This document shows, one piece after another, positions 13,221 to 26,509 of a stretch of DNA of 64,000 nucleotides. The notes under the pieces are model-generated. The model was not told where the DNA came from. It saw nothing but the letters and a program-made list of their open reading frames with translations, and did no database searches. The position numbers were made by a program, and so were the translations under genes. Each line of letters starts with the position of its first letter. Position 1 is the first letter of the stretch. Source of the DNA: Vicugna vicugna (Eukaryota); contig MU058045.1 in assembly GCA_013265495.1 (NCBI GenBank), positions 841,986-905,985 on the forward strand. The letters run 5' to 3'.

Positions 13221-14750
13221 CTAATTCAATTTCTTTAATACAGTCTTACTCAGATTATCTGTTCCGTCTTGTGTGAATTTTGGCAGCTTGTGTCTTTGAA
13301 GGAATTGGTCCATTAAAGAATTGGTTATCTAAAGTTATCAAATTTGTGGGCATAAAGTTGTTCATAACATTCCCTTTATTACCATTTTAATGTCCATGAG
13401 ATCTGAGGGATGCCCACTTTTCCATTCTGATACTAGTCATTTGTGTCCTTTCTCTCTCTCTTTTTTTTTTTTTTTTGGTAGTTAGCCTGGTTAGAGGCTC
13501 ATCAGTTTTATTGATCTTTTCAAAGAACCAGTTTTAGTTTCATTGAGTTTTCTCTTTTAATTTCCTGTTTTCAGTGTCATTGATTTCTCCTCTAATTCTT
13601 ATTATTTCTTTTCTTCTGCTTATTTTGGACTTAATTTGCTCTTCTTCTAATTTCCTGAGGTGGAAACTTAGACTATTGATCTTAGATCTTTGTTCTTTTC
13701 TAATATAAGCATTTGATTCTATAAATTCCCCCTCTATGCACTGCTTTTGCTATGTCTCATAAATTTTGGTAACTTGCGTTTTCATTTAGTTCAGAATATT
13801 TTTTAAGTCCTCTTGAGATTTCTTCTTTGATCATGTGTTATGTAGATAGTAAACAAGATACTTCTAAATATTTTGGGATTTTCCATCTGTCTTTATGTTA
13901 CTGATTTCTCATTCAATTCCATTGTATTCTGAAAGCAGACGTATGATTTCTGTTCTTTTAAATTTATTAAGGTATGTTTTATGGCTCAGAATGTGGTCTG
14001 TCTTGGTGAATGTCCCTGTGTGCTTGAAAAATATGTGTGTTCTGCTGTTGTTGGATAAAATAGTCTATAGTTGATCATAATGGTGTTGAGTTGAGCTGTG
14101 CCTGCCGGATCTGTCCATTTCGGATAGAGGGGTGCCCAGGTCTCCAGCTGTGACAGTGGACTTACGTATTTCTCCTTGCAGTTCCATCAGTTTGTTTTGC
14201 CTCATGTAGTCTGAGGCTCTCCTGTTAGGTACATACTTGTCGGAGATTGTTGTCGTCTTGGAGAACTGACCCACTTATCATTATGCAATGCATCTCTTTA
14301 CCCTTGATAAGTTTACTTCCTTTGAGGTCGGCTCTGTTTGAAATTAGCTTTCTTTTGATGACAATGTGGTTTATGTTTGTCCATCCATTTATTTCTAATA
14401 TCTGTGTTTGTTTATATTTAAAGTGAGGTTCTTGTAGACAATATGTAGTTTAGTCTTTGCCTTTGCGTTGGTATGGTTTTACTTCTTCATTTCAATCTGG
14501 ATGCCTTTTATTTCTCTTTCTTGCCTTATTACGCTGGCCACAACCTCTGGTACAGTGTAGAGATGCTGACAGCAGACGTCTTGCCCTGTTCCTACTCTTA
14601 TGGAGGAGATATTCATCTGAAAACCAGATGTGAGTGTTTTTCTTTGTTCAGTACTAGGTACTTTTGTCTTTCTAAAAATATTCTTGAGTTTTTTTTCTAG
14701 GGTGTAGTTATTTGGGTCTTGCATTGACCAGAGCAGTGTTTGTTTTAGAG

Positions 14751-15106
14751 CAGGGCTCAGGAAACCATGACCTATGGACCACATCTGGATCACCACCTGT
14801 TTTTGTATGGTCTGCAAGCTAAAAATGGTGTTTCTATTTTTAAATGGTTGAAAAATGGTCAAAAAAAGAATACTTGAAAAAAAAAAGAATATTTGGGGAC
14901 TTGTAAAAATGGTATAATGTTCAGAGTTTAGTGTCCATGAGTAAAGTTTTATGGGAACACGACCGTGCTCATTCATTTGTGTGTTAGTTACGGATGCTTT
15001 CCTGTGACAACGGCAGGGTTGGATAGCTGCGCCAGAGACCATGTGAACCACGAAGCCTAAGATATTTGCTCTCTGGCTCTTTATAAAAAATGCTTGCTGA
15101 CCCCAG
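14751..15106. mobile_element. hAT-Charlie DNA transposon, MER58B-like
   Basis: Ends cagggctcaggaaac ... tgcttgctgacccc; internal gtaaagttttatgggaacac; flanks (t/c)tagag. Confidence 0.8.
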
Positions 15107-17410
15107 TCTAGAGGTGATTTCCTTCACTTCTGTGCCAGAACCATTCTGAATACTCTGTCTGATGCCCCGTGAACTATGAGAAGACCTGGTTCATGGGAAT
15201 AGAAACTATAACCAACCCCTCTGAGCTCAGAGGATCATTCCCTCGAACCCTTTCGGGTGGTTCTTTACTGAGCCTTGTTTAGTTTCCGCACACCCATGCC
15301 CTGATCAGCACTCAGCTGGGGTCTCCAGGTGGACCCCGTGCAGATCTCCTGGGCTGCTCTCTCCTCTCCGGCACTGTGTGCTACCTACTCTGGCTACCTG
15401 GACCTACTTGGATTCTTCTCAGCTCAGGGAGGCTGCTGGGCCCTACCTGGGGTCCACCTTCCCCACCACGGCCCGGGAACCCTTTCAGGGGGACGATCTG
15501 GGGCAGTCAGAGAGCTCGTGTCATTAGTTACCCAGCTCTCAGGGACTGCTGACCTTCATTTCCTGATGTCCGCATCTTGAAATTGGTGTTCTGTATATTT
15601 TGCCTGTAGTTCTATGTTGTGTTTTGTTGTCCAGTTGTTTCAGGCTGGAAGTAAACCTGGTCCCTGTCAGTTCATCTTGCCCAGAGGTGGAAGTCTAACT
15701 CTATCTTAAACTCCCTTTCCACAGTGAAATTGTGGATGAAATGAAACAGTGAGCCTCCCGTGTCTCTAATTCTGCGGACTCGGCCCCATGTCGTGTCTGA
15801 AGCAAAGTGAAGAAGTTAAGAGCAGTGTCGCTTCGCACTCAGCCCAGCCTTTCACTCGCAGTGCTTTATTCTGCAGGATTCATGGCTCCTGAAAGGAATG
15901 TCTGGCTAGCTAATACTTAGGAATTTTCTGGCATTGTTGCTTTTTGCCCAGAAAAGCTGTTTTCAGTCAGGAAAAGTCTCCCTGTCCCTGAGAAGGGGCT
16001 TCGTTTGGAGAAACACCTTCCGGAGTGGGGAGATGCCGGCCTCTGGGGGTGCGGGCGGGTGGAGGGGGGGCGGTGGCACGTACTGCAGGTCAGTATGTTT
16101 CTCTGCTCTCACCTTTGTGTTTCCAAAGGCGCTGTCCCTGCCGCCTCCCTAGCAGGAGGGTTTATTCTGGTTTTCAGGGATAAACACAGAAACGAAAGTC
16201 ATCTTTACACGAAACCCCGACTGACCTTTTCTCTGCTCAGGTGCCTTGGTGCCGTGCGGAGGTTGGCACAGCTCTGCTTCGTTGCCAGGTCCTGCGCTAG
16301 AAAAAAATACAGAGCCCCGAAGGGTCATTTCTCACTGCCTTCTGCCCGTGGAGTCTGTTAGCCTTTCTGTACTTCCGTTGACCCTTAGAGAACACTTTGA
16401 AAACCATCCTCAGGTAATGGCTCACCGGTAGAGCTTAGACTCGAGGCAGTGAATGCCTTCCCTTCCCGACCTGGAAGGCAGCCCTGGTCGCAGCCAGTTT
16501 GTCGGTCTCAGCTTCTGGGCCGCTTAAGCCATACTTTGAGGCACAAATGGACATTCAGCTGAAGATGGGCGAGGTGATGACAGTAACTGGATCACCTTAA
16601 ACATCCCTGAGATAAAAGGAAGGAAGGTGGGTTTGTGGTGAGCACAGACCCTTGTCTCAGTCAGACGACGAGCCTTGGAGAAGGTGTGAGTGTCACCCTG
16701 AGTTTCCTCGGGACATCTCTTGTTGCTGGGGCTTCTTACTTAGCTCCGTCTTTCCTTACCATAGTCTGTAGACATCCTTTCTAGTAGCGGAAAGTGGTGC
16801 CTTAGTTCTGGGTTTCTGCTTCCTCAGGTCTCTGAAACGGCTGTGGGGCGGGTGGCCGGCCAGGCTGCACCTTATGCTGGCCCTTCTTTGCAGCTCATCT
16901 TTGGACCCGTGCAGTCGTAACTTCACAGACGACTCTCTCTGAAGATACGCCTTCCTGTAGCTGTCACCTCATCTGGGGTTCCTTCCCCCAAAATCTAAAA
17001 ACAAAAGTACCTGTTCTTAAGACTTGCTCTAAGAGTCTTTCCAAGGTAATGATTAACTTCCCCCCGCTTGACCTCAGCTTTCCTCGTCCGTTCCTTGCTT
17101 CCCCGTATCCAGGGAGAGCCCCTTCTGTGTGTCAGATGGGAGAATTTCCATTGCTTCTCTTCGGCACCGAACACCACGGCATCAGCTGCTCTTCCTACTG
17201 CCTGAACTCAGAGGCCATCTGGTGTTGACCGGAGGCCCTTCTGTGTATGTGTCGCAGGGACTGCATTTCTTCCTTCTGCAAACCTAGAGTCTGCAGTCAT
17301 TCCGTGGTGTAAACACATTTTTTAAGTGCTTGCTCTGTCCCACCAGGTGGGTTCAGAACCGGGACGAGAACCTAAGAAAAGACACAACCCCAGCCCTTGG
17401 GGGTCTCCAT

Positions 17411-17528
17411 GATAATGAGTCATCATTAAGAGAAAAGAGTGTAACGTAGATATTTTTCACTCATAATTCATGTCTGTATTAGGTGAATCAGCATCAGGAC
17501 TTGAATGATTTTTTTTTCCTAGTTTAAA
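17411..17528 (+). repeat. Copy A of a 117/118-bp dispersed direct duplication
   Basis: Identical to 19450-19566 except a T9 versus T8 run. Confidence 0.95.
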
Positions 17529-17599
17529 GGGTCTGAGGTGGCAGCTCTTAGGAATGTCCCTTGGTTTTATTGTTAAAATGTTGGTAACTTTCTGCTGCT

Positions 17600-18240
17600 G
17601 ACAATTTCAAGCACATGACAGTGGAGAAAGTACAATAATGATTGCACCTCACCCATCAGTTGCTTCAGCAATCATCATCTCGTGGCCAGTCTGGTTTCAT
17701 CTCTGTGTCAGCCCATCTCCCCATCCCTGGATTATTTTTTGAAGCAAATCCTAGACATGATATCCTTTCCCTGGTGAATATTCGAGAATGTAATCTCTAA
17801 AGTATGTTTGTAAAAGATAAGGACTGTTTTTTGAAAAAAAAAACCAAAACCACAAGGCTGTAATGACCAAGTTGACAGTAATTCCTTAATATAATCGAGT
17901 ATCTGATGAGTGTTCAGGTTCCCCTGCTTGTCCCATGGTGGGTTTTTATTAAGTTGTTCAGTTCCGGATCTGGATATGGTGTGTACATTACAACTAATCG
18001 ATGTGTCCCTGAAGTTTCTTTGATAGATAAGTGCCTTTGCCAGCTCCTTTTTCTTTGCAGTGTTCTCTTTGGAGGAAACAAGATCATTTGCCCTGTAGTT
18101 TCCAACCATCTGGACCTTCTGTTTGTAGCCTCATGTATTGTTTAACGTATTTCTCTGTCCCATGAATTTTCTGTAAATTGGTAGTTAGATCTAGTGGCTT
18201 GATCAGAGTCAAGTTTGTTATTTGTGGCAAGAATACATTA
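17600..18240 (-). mobile_element. L1MC-like 3' fragment
   Basis: ggattattttttgaagcaaatcctagacat and gtagttagatctagtggcttgatcaga motifs. Confidence 0.6.
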
Positions 18241-18387
18241 TGATGACTGTCCTGTTATGTTTAAGCTACAGCCACCAGGTCGTCCTCCTACAGTTACATA
18301 ATATTTAATTAGAAGGTGGTTTTACTGAAGGTCTTAAGATAGGAAACATTTAAACACCTAACTGTTCCACAGGGGTTTTCCAAAAAT

Positions 18388-18932
18388 TATTCGTTTTCTA
18401 TTGCTGCTAGAATAAATTAGCATAGACTTAGTGACTTAAAATGCGAATTTAGTGTCTTACAGCTCTGTAGGTCAGAAGTTCAATACAGATCTTATTGGGC
18501 AATACAGTTACAATAATGAATATTATAACAATAAGTGTATTGTAATGTTACAATACAGATCAAGGTGTTGGCAGGGCTAGGTTCTCTTTTGGAGGCTCTG
18601 GGGGCAATTCATTCCCTTGCCTTTTCCAGCGTGTAGAGGCTGCCCACATCCCTTGGCTCATGGACCCGTTCTTCAGTCTTTGATGCTAGCAAGTGGCCTC
18701 TCTAACCCTTCTTCCTAGCTCCCTCTGATCACAGCTGGGAAAGATTCTCTGTTCTAAAGACGCATGTGATTACATGGGGCCCACTTGTACAATCCAGAAT
18801 AATCTCCCATCTCAAATTCCTTAACCTTAATTATATCTGCAAAGTTTCTTTCGCCATGTAAGGTCATGTTTTCACAGATTCCTGGGATGAGGATGTGGAC
18901 GTGTTTGGGGGGCCATTATTCTGTGTAGCACA
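18388..18932 (-). mobile_element. MaLR solo LTR (MLT1-type)
   Basis: ttttctattgctgct...caaggtgttggcagggc...ccttgccttttccagc...ggccattattctg...caca. Confidence 0.85.
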
Positions 18933-19449
18933 ATGGTCATTCATTTTTTTTTTTAAAGTTAACAGCATCGTAAAATTGAAGAATGATTAATAGAGTGTGA
19001 TATATTGCAGATGATCTATTGTGATACCATAATGCCTTGGGTTATAGAAAAGGTAGAGGAGATTTAATAATGAGCTGCCATTATGACATCATAGTAGTTT
19101 TACATGGTTCTGGATCACTGTCTGCACAGGTCTTGATAATCATTTATATTTTTGCAAGTCGCTGCATTCTATTTTGTTCATTGCCTCTAAGATGACCATA
19201 CTGCCTCCCCTTAGAAGTGCTACCTTAAGACTTGTAGCAGTTCAAGTCATCAATATGTTTACTATTAAATCCACAGCATCTCTGTTATCTGGACCTTCTG
19301 TGGTTTTGAACTATGGGATGAAAATTTATTGTGGCACCTAAACATAGTGAAGAGGTGCCAAGTTCTTATGGAAATGATTTAAGTAGGGCAGAATTTTTCA
19401 TCTTCTTTCTGTTTTGCATTAGCAAGATAACCTTTAGGTAGTTAAGTCA

Positions 19450-19566
19450 GATAATGAGTCATCATTAAGAGAAAAGAGTGTAACGTAGATATTTTTCACT
19501 CATAATTCATGTCTGTATTAGGTGAATCAGCATCAGGACTTGAATGATTTTTTTTCCTAGTTTAAA
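19450..19566 (+). repeat. Copy B of a 117/118-bp dispersed direct duplication
   Basis: Identical to 17411-17528 except one T. Confidence 0.95.
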
Positions 19567-20532
19567 ACCATAAAGGAATTTCCTTTTCACTTTTTATATT
19601 GTTTTACCTTTTAATTCACATTGATACTTGACTTTCAGTCCTATATATAGATTATTTTGGGGATGCATTTGGAATTTTACTGGAACATTGGTCATCCTGT
19701 AGCAGCACTAGGTTGATGATAGATTTCTCTTGGAGGCCCTCCAAGAAGTTGTTACTAAAGACCAAAAGGACCTCATTATAAAGTGATTTTGCTATAAAAT
19801 GGTCCCTTGGAATGATCCCTAGAGACACCAGGTCATTTGTATAGTTAAAAAAAGTATGGAGTGTCAAAAAATGTTACTAAGAGGTCCTTACCTCACACCA
19901 TTAGTCTAAATAAATTCCAGATGAATTAACAAGTTAAGTGTGATGGCTTAATTCCATAAAAAGACGAGGAAAAAATGTATAAGGAAATGTTAATATGATC
20001 TTGGGCAAGAAGACCTTTGTGATTTCTGCTTTTGTAGATATGCCTTCATGTGAAACAGTCATTTAAAAAACCCCATCAACAAGTGAAGCCACAAATGTCA
20101 TGTTACCCTCATCTGGCAGAATGCTTGGTGGAAAGAGTTATGGACTCAGCCTCAGAGTGTTCTTTCCAGTGCACCTGAAAGCAAAGGAAAAAAGTAGTTA
20201 CAAAGAGATTGAGACTGCCCAATTCAAAAAAAAAAGAAAGAAATCAAAATTTAAAGATCTTGAGTAACTTGAGTTCTTTTCCCTTTAAAGTTTTAAAATC
20301 TAGGAAAGTGACACATTTTTTAAAACAAAAATGCTATTTTACTATACATTGTTTTGTATTCTGCTTTTTTTACTTAATAGCATATCAAATTTCTTTTGAA
20401 ATCAAAGTATACACATGCAATATCATTTTTCATGGCCAATATAGTGTTTTACTATGAGGCTGTACTCTGTTTTTAAACAAATCACTGAGTCTGGGCATTA
20501 TTACGTTGTTTCCAATTCTTCACTATTATAAA

Positions 20533-21160
20533 TGTGTCAGCCTGGGTCCAATCTGGAGAAAAAAATTTCAAGTTGGAAAATTTAATATACAGAATTACTA
20601 ACTATAATAGGTCGTTAGAGTAATGAGGGATTACCTAGCAAGAAGTAAAGAGACAGAAGTAGCAGGTAGCAGGTGCAGTCACTAACTCTTGTGCTGAGAT
20701 GGGGCACCCAAGGCAGCATCTCATGCCCCCAGGGCTGAGGTCCAGATCACAGCTGGGAGTCCAGTGGATTTCAGAGAAGTCACTGGGGCGCCCTGCTGGT
20801 GGATCTTCCTGGAGATCTGTCCTTAGGGGACCAGGGAATACTGTTCTAACTGCAGGCACTCTGTTGTAAAACTGCCCAAGGAGAGGGTGTGTTGGGAGAA
20901 GTGGCTGGCTTGGGTTGTCGCTGGGTGCTGGACACTGAAGGAGCTGGACACTGGAGAAACTGTAAGCCTGCACGAGCCTGTCACAAGGACAGGCTGGAGC
21001 CAGGAAGCAAGCACTGTTTCCTCCTGCAGTGTCTCTGCAGTCCCTTCTGCTGACAAAGCTGGTAAAGGGAAAAATATTTCAAGGACCCAGATCCATTTTC
21101 ACAGAGCAGCCAAAGAAGGGTGAACTTGGATCTAAGAGGCAGTAAATTGATCAGCAGCAT
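20533..21160 (-). mobile_element. ERVL-type solo LTR (LTR41-like) inserted in an old L1
   Basis: Reverse complement begins aatttactgcctcttagatccaagttcacccttctttggctgctctgtgaaaatggatctggg, matching my recollection of the LTR40/41 5' end. L1ME-like sequence lies on both sides. Confidence 0.6.
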
Positions 21161-21850
21161 AGGAAGCAATATCCTTGTATGTACATCACTTTATACTATA
21201 TGAGTGTTTTCTTGCATATGTACCTAGAATTGATAGATAAAAAGGTAGGCACAGTTTGCTCTCTAAAAAGATATATTAACTGTTGTCCCATGACAGCTCC
21301 CTTTGGACCGTTTCACACTTTACTTAACCCTGGGTGTTAGCATTCTTTTTAATCCTTACAAATCTTACAAGTCAAAAAAACCCCCAAAACCCTCATTATT
21401 GTTTGTTGATGTTTTTAAAAAATCAATAGTGATGTCAGAGCTTTTATTTATTTTCCTTTATAATTCTTTTGTGCTTTTTCTGTCTATATCTTTTGCCCAT
21501 TTAAAAAGTTGAAATATTGTCTTTCTTACTGATTTGTACATGCTCTTTACATATGAAGTATCAGAAAGTTCAAACATTTACATAATCAAATCTCATAATA
21601 CTTCATTATTAATATTTAAAATTTAATTCATCTGGAAATCATTGTAGTTTAAGGTCCGAGGTGTCAGTATTTAACTTTTTTCTTGATTTTGTTCCAATAA
21701 TGTTAGCTATTTTCTCTCCCTTTTCCTGACTGATTTAAAATGCTACTTTGATCATATATTGAATTGTGTTACATGCCTGGATCTATTTCTGGACTTTAAA
21801 TTGTTTTCCTTTGGTTTCTAGTTAGTTGATTGTCTTACTTTTTCTTTCAG

Positions 21851-21943
21851 AACAGGACGCAGGCCTTGACGCCCTTTCCTCGATCATAAGTCGCCAGAAA
21901 CAAATGGGGCAGGAAATTGGGAATGAACTGGACGAACAAAACG
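21851..21943 (+). CDS. STX8: Syntaxin-8 internal coding exon (93 bp; probably exon 6), Qc-SNARE helix
   Basis: Polypyrimidine tract plus tttctttcAG acceptor; donor ACG|GTagga at 21944. Encodes (E)QDAGLDALSSIISRQKQMGQEIGNELDEQN(E), identical to recalled human STX8. Absent from the ORF track because it is short. Confidence 0.97.
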
Positions 21944-22399
21944 GTAGGAATACGTCCGAGATTGACCGGATTTGCCAGTTAGTATAAATGCTAACGGCTT
22001 GTGTACTTGTTAAGTGACTTTAATATTACAAAACACATGAAGTAGTTTCACATTGATGGATTATTACAGGTTAATGCAATTGAGGACGATTTGTGGGATG
22101 TGTAGATTGTGGTTATTAAACATGATGCAAAGAAATTTGGTAAAAAAAATTTCCAATTTTCTGGAGCTGCTTTTAAAAATACTTTGTTTTGCGATCCATT
22201 TATCCCGTGAGCTCCCCCGTGGCCTCCCGGTGACGTGGCTCAGTGAAGCAGGCTGCTGTGGGGCGGGGCCACCCAGGCTGTGCGGGTCTTTGTCATCCAC
22301 ACACTGGGTGGAGTTGGCTCCTCCTTCATCGTAAACACCAGGCTTCAGGGCAAAACAGTACTTAAAGATTTTTATTCAGTGCTTGGTGTGGCGAATCTG

Positions 22400-22790
22400 G
22401 TTGGAGGAAGGTTCGTTTGCAAACCACGAGCAGGACGGCTTGGGAGAGACAGAGTTTGAAGTCGAGAGCCTACCTGAGAGGCTCTTGCGCTCCAGGTGCG
22501 TGGTCTGAGGGGACGGGGAGCCTGAACGAGGGCTGCAGCAGCAGGGGTGGAGGAGAGAGGATGGAGGTAGGGGACTGATGGTGCTTGGACTGTGATGGGA
22601 CCTGGTCAGGGGAATTGGGTGGGGGAGCCACTGGTTTGTGAGCAGAGAGCCTAGGTCCACTTTGAATGTGTCCAGTTAGAGATGTCAGGGAGAGAGCCGA
22701 GTCTCAGTGTCGAGTGGACAGCGGGAGACGAGGTCCCAGAGCTTGGTGAGGGGACAGGACCACAGGGAAGGGATGTGGGACGCTTCAGCA
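22400..22790 (-). mobile_element. L2 fragment
   Basis: Purine-rich L2 antisense pattern. Confidence 0.5.
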
Positions 22791-22819
22791 CAGAGCTGAT
22801 GTGTGGCAGCGTTTCAGTG

Positions 22820-23020
22820 AGGCTAACATTTATTGAAGACCCCTGCTATGTCCTAAGTATTTTTATCTATGTCATTTCATTCGATGCACGGCACAGCATC
22901 ACCAAGACAGTGTTCTCTCTGTTTGTTGGAGATAAAGCCCAGAGTGCCTGAGGGTCCCCCTAATGTCACCTCACTTAGAAGGGACAGAACTGAAATTCAG
23001 ACTCAGCCCTTCTGATTCTC
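22820..23020 (-). mobile_element. MIR SINE
   Basis: gctaacatttattgaag...atttcattcgatgcacggcacagca...gaaattcagactcag. Confidence 0.65.
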
Positions 23021-23929
23021 TTGTGACTGCTTTTTTCTGCTACAGTAGCTTCCTCTTTAAGGAAGACAAGGTAGGGAGAGAAGAGTAGTAAATAAACGGT
23101 TCCAAGGTCTTGGCTCTTGGTCTTAGTATCCCAGAGGCTCGGGGTGGAATGACTTTCAAGAAAAGTTACGTCTGTGGGAGCGTCGGAGCCCTGGGGGTGG
23201 GCGGCTGCTCACGCTGGAGGTGGGGCTGCACCTGTCAAACTGTGCCAGTGCCACTTCTCCTGATCTCTACGGAGAATGAGTTCATTTGTTCCCACAGCAC
23301 TGTTCCCTTCATCTATCGTAAATGAGTGAGTAAATAAATTAGTTCCATCTATCTACCACCATCATAGGTGAATAGATTCCCAAAGCAAGTGGAGAAGCCG
23401 TCTATCTTTACAATCCCAATAGTGGTTTTTAATGATTCAAGCACAGAGAGGAGGGCAGTTCAGTCCTTTCCTGATGGTGCTAATGTGGATGTGCTAATTG
23501 TTGTGTTTGCCTCCAGCTTGCTCATTGGCCAGCTCCTTCCTTGGAAGGCAGTGTTTGTAAGAAAATGAGCTCTATAGGAAGTCTGCCTGTCGTGCGTGTT
23601 ACTGTGCATTAGCCCAAGGAAGTTTAGCCTGTGCAGTGGGTCCGACTCGAAAGCTCACTGGCCACCACGCTGGTGAGGCACGCCCATCCTGTGATGTGCT
23701 TATTTAGTTCACCCATGTCTAGTAACCTGCGGTCCAGGGCTGAGAACTGATGGTACGTACTTCGGTGTGGTAGCTTGCTGACTTTCCAGGTGAAATCAAG
23801 CATTTTTCTTGTGTAATCAAGCACACGAGCCTGTCCTTGTCTTGTCTTTTTCCTTGTTCAGTGGGTCTCCTGCTTTGCAGTGTATTGGAATCACCCGAAG
23901 ATCTTATAAGCCTCCAAAGCCCAGGCCGT

Positions 23930-24436
23930 GCCTGAGCTGGTTTTCTGTTGTCGGCTGTAACAAACTGCCACAGCCCCAGCGGCTACAAACAACGCGAACT
24001 CCTTATCTTACAGCTCTGGAGGTCAGAAGTCTGACGTGGGCATCCCTGGGCTAAAACCGGGTGTCGGCAGGGCTGTGTTCCTTCCTGGAGGTTCTGGGGG
24101 AGGATGACTTCCCTTGCCTTTTCCGGCTTCTGTGGGCCGCCTGCATCCCTTGGCTTGCGGCCCCTTCTCCATTCTCAGAGCCAGCAGCAGTAGATGGAGT
24201 CCTCCTCACTGTGTCACTCTGACCTCTGACTTCTGCCTCCCACTTCCACCTTGAAGGACCTCTGGGATTACATTGGGCCCAGTGAGATAGTCCAGAGTAG
24301 TTTTCCTATTTAAGGCCAACTGATTGAGCAGGCTTACTCCGTCTGCAACCTTAAGGCCCTTTGGCCGCGAAACCTGGCATATCCTCAGGTTCCAGGATGG
24401 AGACGTCTTTGGGGGGCACTGCTCTGCCTGCCACAG
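23930..24436 (-). mobile_element. MLT1 solo LTR inserted into a MER5-like hAT element (MER5 parts ~23865-23929 and 24437-24545)
   Basis: MLT1 motifs ctggaggtcagaagtctga and cttgccttttccggcttc. Downstream ggatctctagggtgaggcccaag...tttttaaagcccccaggtgatt is MER5-like. Confidence 0.8.
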
Positions 24437-26509
24437 CTCTTTATGCCAGTTAAGTCAGGATCTCTAGGGTGAGGCCCAAGCGCCAGTATTTTTTAAAGCC
24501 CCCCAGGTGATTTCAGTGTCCTGCCAAGTGTGAGACCCAGGGCCCTTGTTGGACACGCTGAGAGGGTCTATTTAGTGCTGTACTTTTTACATTGCCTCTC
24601 ACACACTCACGTGACAAATTCTGGAACATTCACCTGGTTACATACGTACATGTCTGCCATCCTGGGCACAGAGACTCTTTCTTCCCACCACACGTTTTAC
24701 CCCCATCCTGGTGCTGCCTCTTCCACGACTCCCTGGTCCTCATCTCCATTCCAGACCCGGATGCATGCATGTGTACATAGACAAACGAGGTATTTTTCCA
24801 TTCGTTGCCAAAATAAGCTGGGTTTTCTCTGCGGTGGCCCCCCAGAGAGGTGGCAGTTACACCGGTGGTTTTCCAGTGTGCACATTTGCTCCCCAGAAAT
24901 AGGGCAGAATCAGCCATTTCTTTCACAGGGACAGAGAGACTCTCTGAGGGCAAAAAATTATATCCTGCCAGGACTGTCATCAGCCTTTATTCCTTTTGTC
25001 AAAACCACTAAGGCCATTATATCTCTAGGTGCTGAGGACAGGGTTGCAGCCCCATGTGGATTTTTCCTGTGACCCGAGTGTGTAATGAGGCCCCTGAGAC
25101 CCTGGAGAAGGATACCCCTTGTGGTGTCAGTATGTCTGTTTGGTTTATTGACCGAATAATTATTAAATTGTTGTTTTGGTTTTCGTTAGATGAGAGAAAC
25201 AACAGGCTAGGTCATGGTGAGTCAGGCCATTTTGGAATCAAGTACTGAAACCTTCCTAACAAAATACACGCCACTGAGAACATAACCACAAAGCTGAAGG
25301 GACGAATTACCATCAGTCTCCAGCCTTTCCAGAGAGAGTTAAAAAGGGCCTGACCGGCACATGTCGTTCCCTGTTCATGTGCCAGTGGCCAGGCCCTGCG
25401 AGGAAGAGGGTCGGCAGTTCAGTGGAAATACCTGGGCGTCTAGTGGGTGTGGGGTTCGGAGCTGGGGGTAAGTGAGGGGTGACGGGAGAGGGACTGAGCC
25501 AAGGAGACCACCTCACTGGGATCACAGTTCACAGCGAACGGGATGGCTGGGCGCAGGGAGCTCGGGCCAGCCTGGCTGCCCAGGTGCTGTTCCCGAATGA
25601 AGTTGTGGTACAGTTTTACTGAAAAATTCCCCGAAGTTCTCGCTCAGGAGGACAGGGTCTTTCGAAAGGAATGAATGCTAAAACGAGAAAATGAATGGGT
25701 GTGGCTTGACTGGCTTGACTGAAGTAGATGTTTCTGAGACCTAATTTGGGCATTGGCCAAACCTTAGAGTCAGCACCAAGGAGGACCGCAGAGTCCTGGT
25801 TCTGATGGATGAATAACACCAAGAACGGGCTGTTTCACAAATCCCTGTCAGTATGTGCCGGTCCTCATCACCCTTTTGGTGTTCAAATATCCCAATCTAG
25901 GCCAAGCCTTTTGATGTTTCTCTGTCAATCTCTGAGCCTCACCTGGCTTTTTGGAAGAAACCACGATGATGAGGAATGCCACTTGTCTTGACAATGTCAG
26001 TACCAGGATTGAGGGGACCAGGGTGTCCTTTGAAAGAGCGAGACAATGTGACTGTGCTCCTTGAAGGACACAAAATCATCAGATTTCATACACACATCAG
26101 TGAATTACCACTGTAAGGGTCCATTAGAGCTCCTGGCTGAATTTTTTAAAAAAACATTTCTTTATATATCTTTATTTTTGTGTCTCTCCATGAGCGCAAG
26201 GACATTCTTGATCACCTTCAGTGTTGAACAGGTTGTGCACTGCACAATTATCGGAGGAACATTCATAGTGTATTATTATAGATCTGTGGATTTATTACAA
26301 CCACGTTCCAGCAGTTCATAAAGTATCTTGAGGAAGGTTATTGGGTACATACATATACAGAATTATTTAATTTTATTTTGATAGTTCTGTCTTTTTTTTT
26401 TTATCACTGTGGAAATATGTATATCTCTGATGCTTTTCACCTTTAGGTCTATTGATCTGATTTTAAGATCACAGTCTGCGCTTTCATTTGGTTAGTGTTT
26501 ACCTGGCTT

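Larger units (their letters stand above)
9240..14700 (-). mobile_element. Composite block of antisense L1 fragments (L1MB/L1MC-like 3' ends and ORF2 remnants) with nested younger L1 and SINEs
   Basis: Continuous T-rich L1 antisense sequence, e.g. aattgacatcttaacaatattgagtcttctgatccatgaa. Minus-strand ORF pieces contain L1-like peptides (HRKTCTQMFTAA; LQGEIRKSTVTAGDLGTPLSEMDRS). Confidence 0.85.
8538..21850 (+). other. STX8: STX8 intron (13,313 bp, GT-AG)
   Basis: Bounded by the two exons above; reading phase is compatible. Confidence 0.93.

Noticed and set aside
14479..15051. 190-aa minus-strand ORF
   Set aside because: A chimera of MER58-like and L1 ORF2 remnant sequence.
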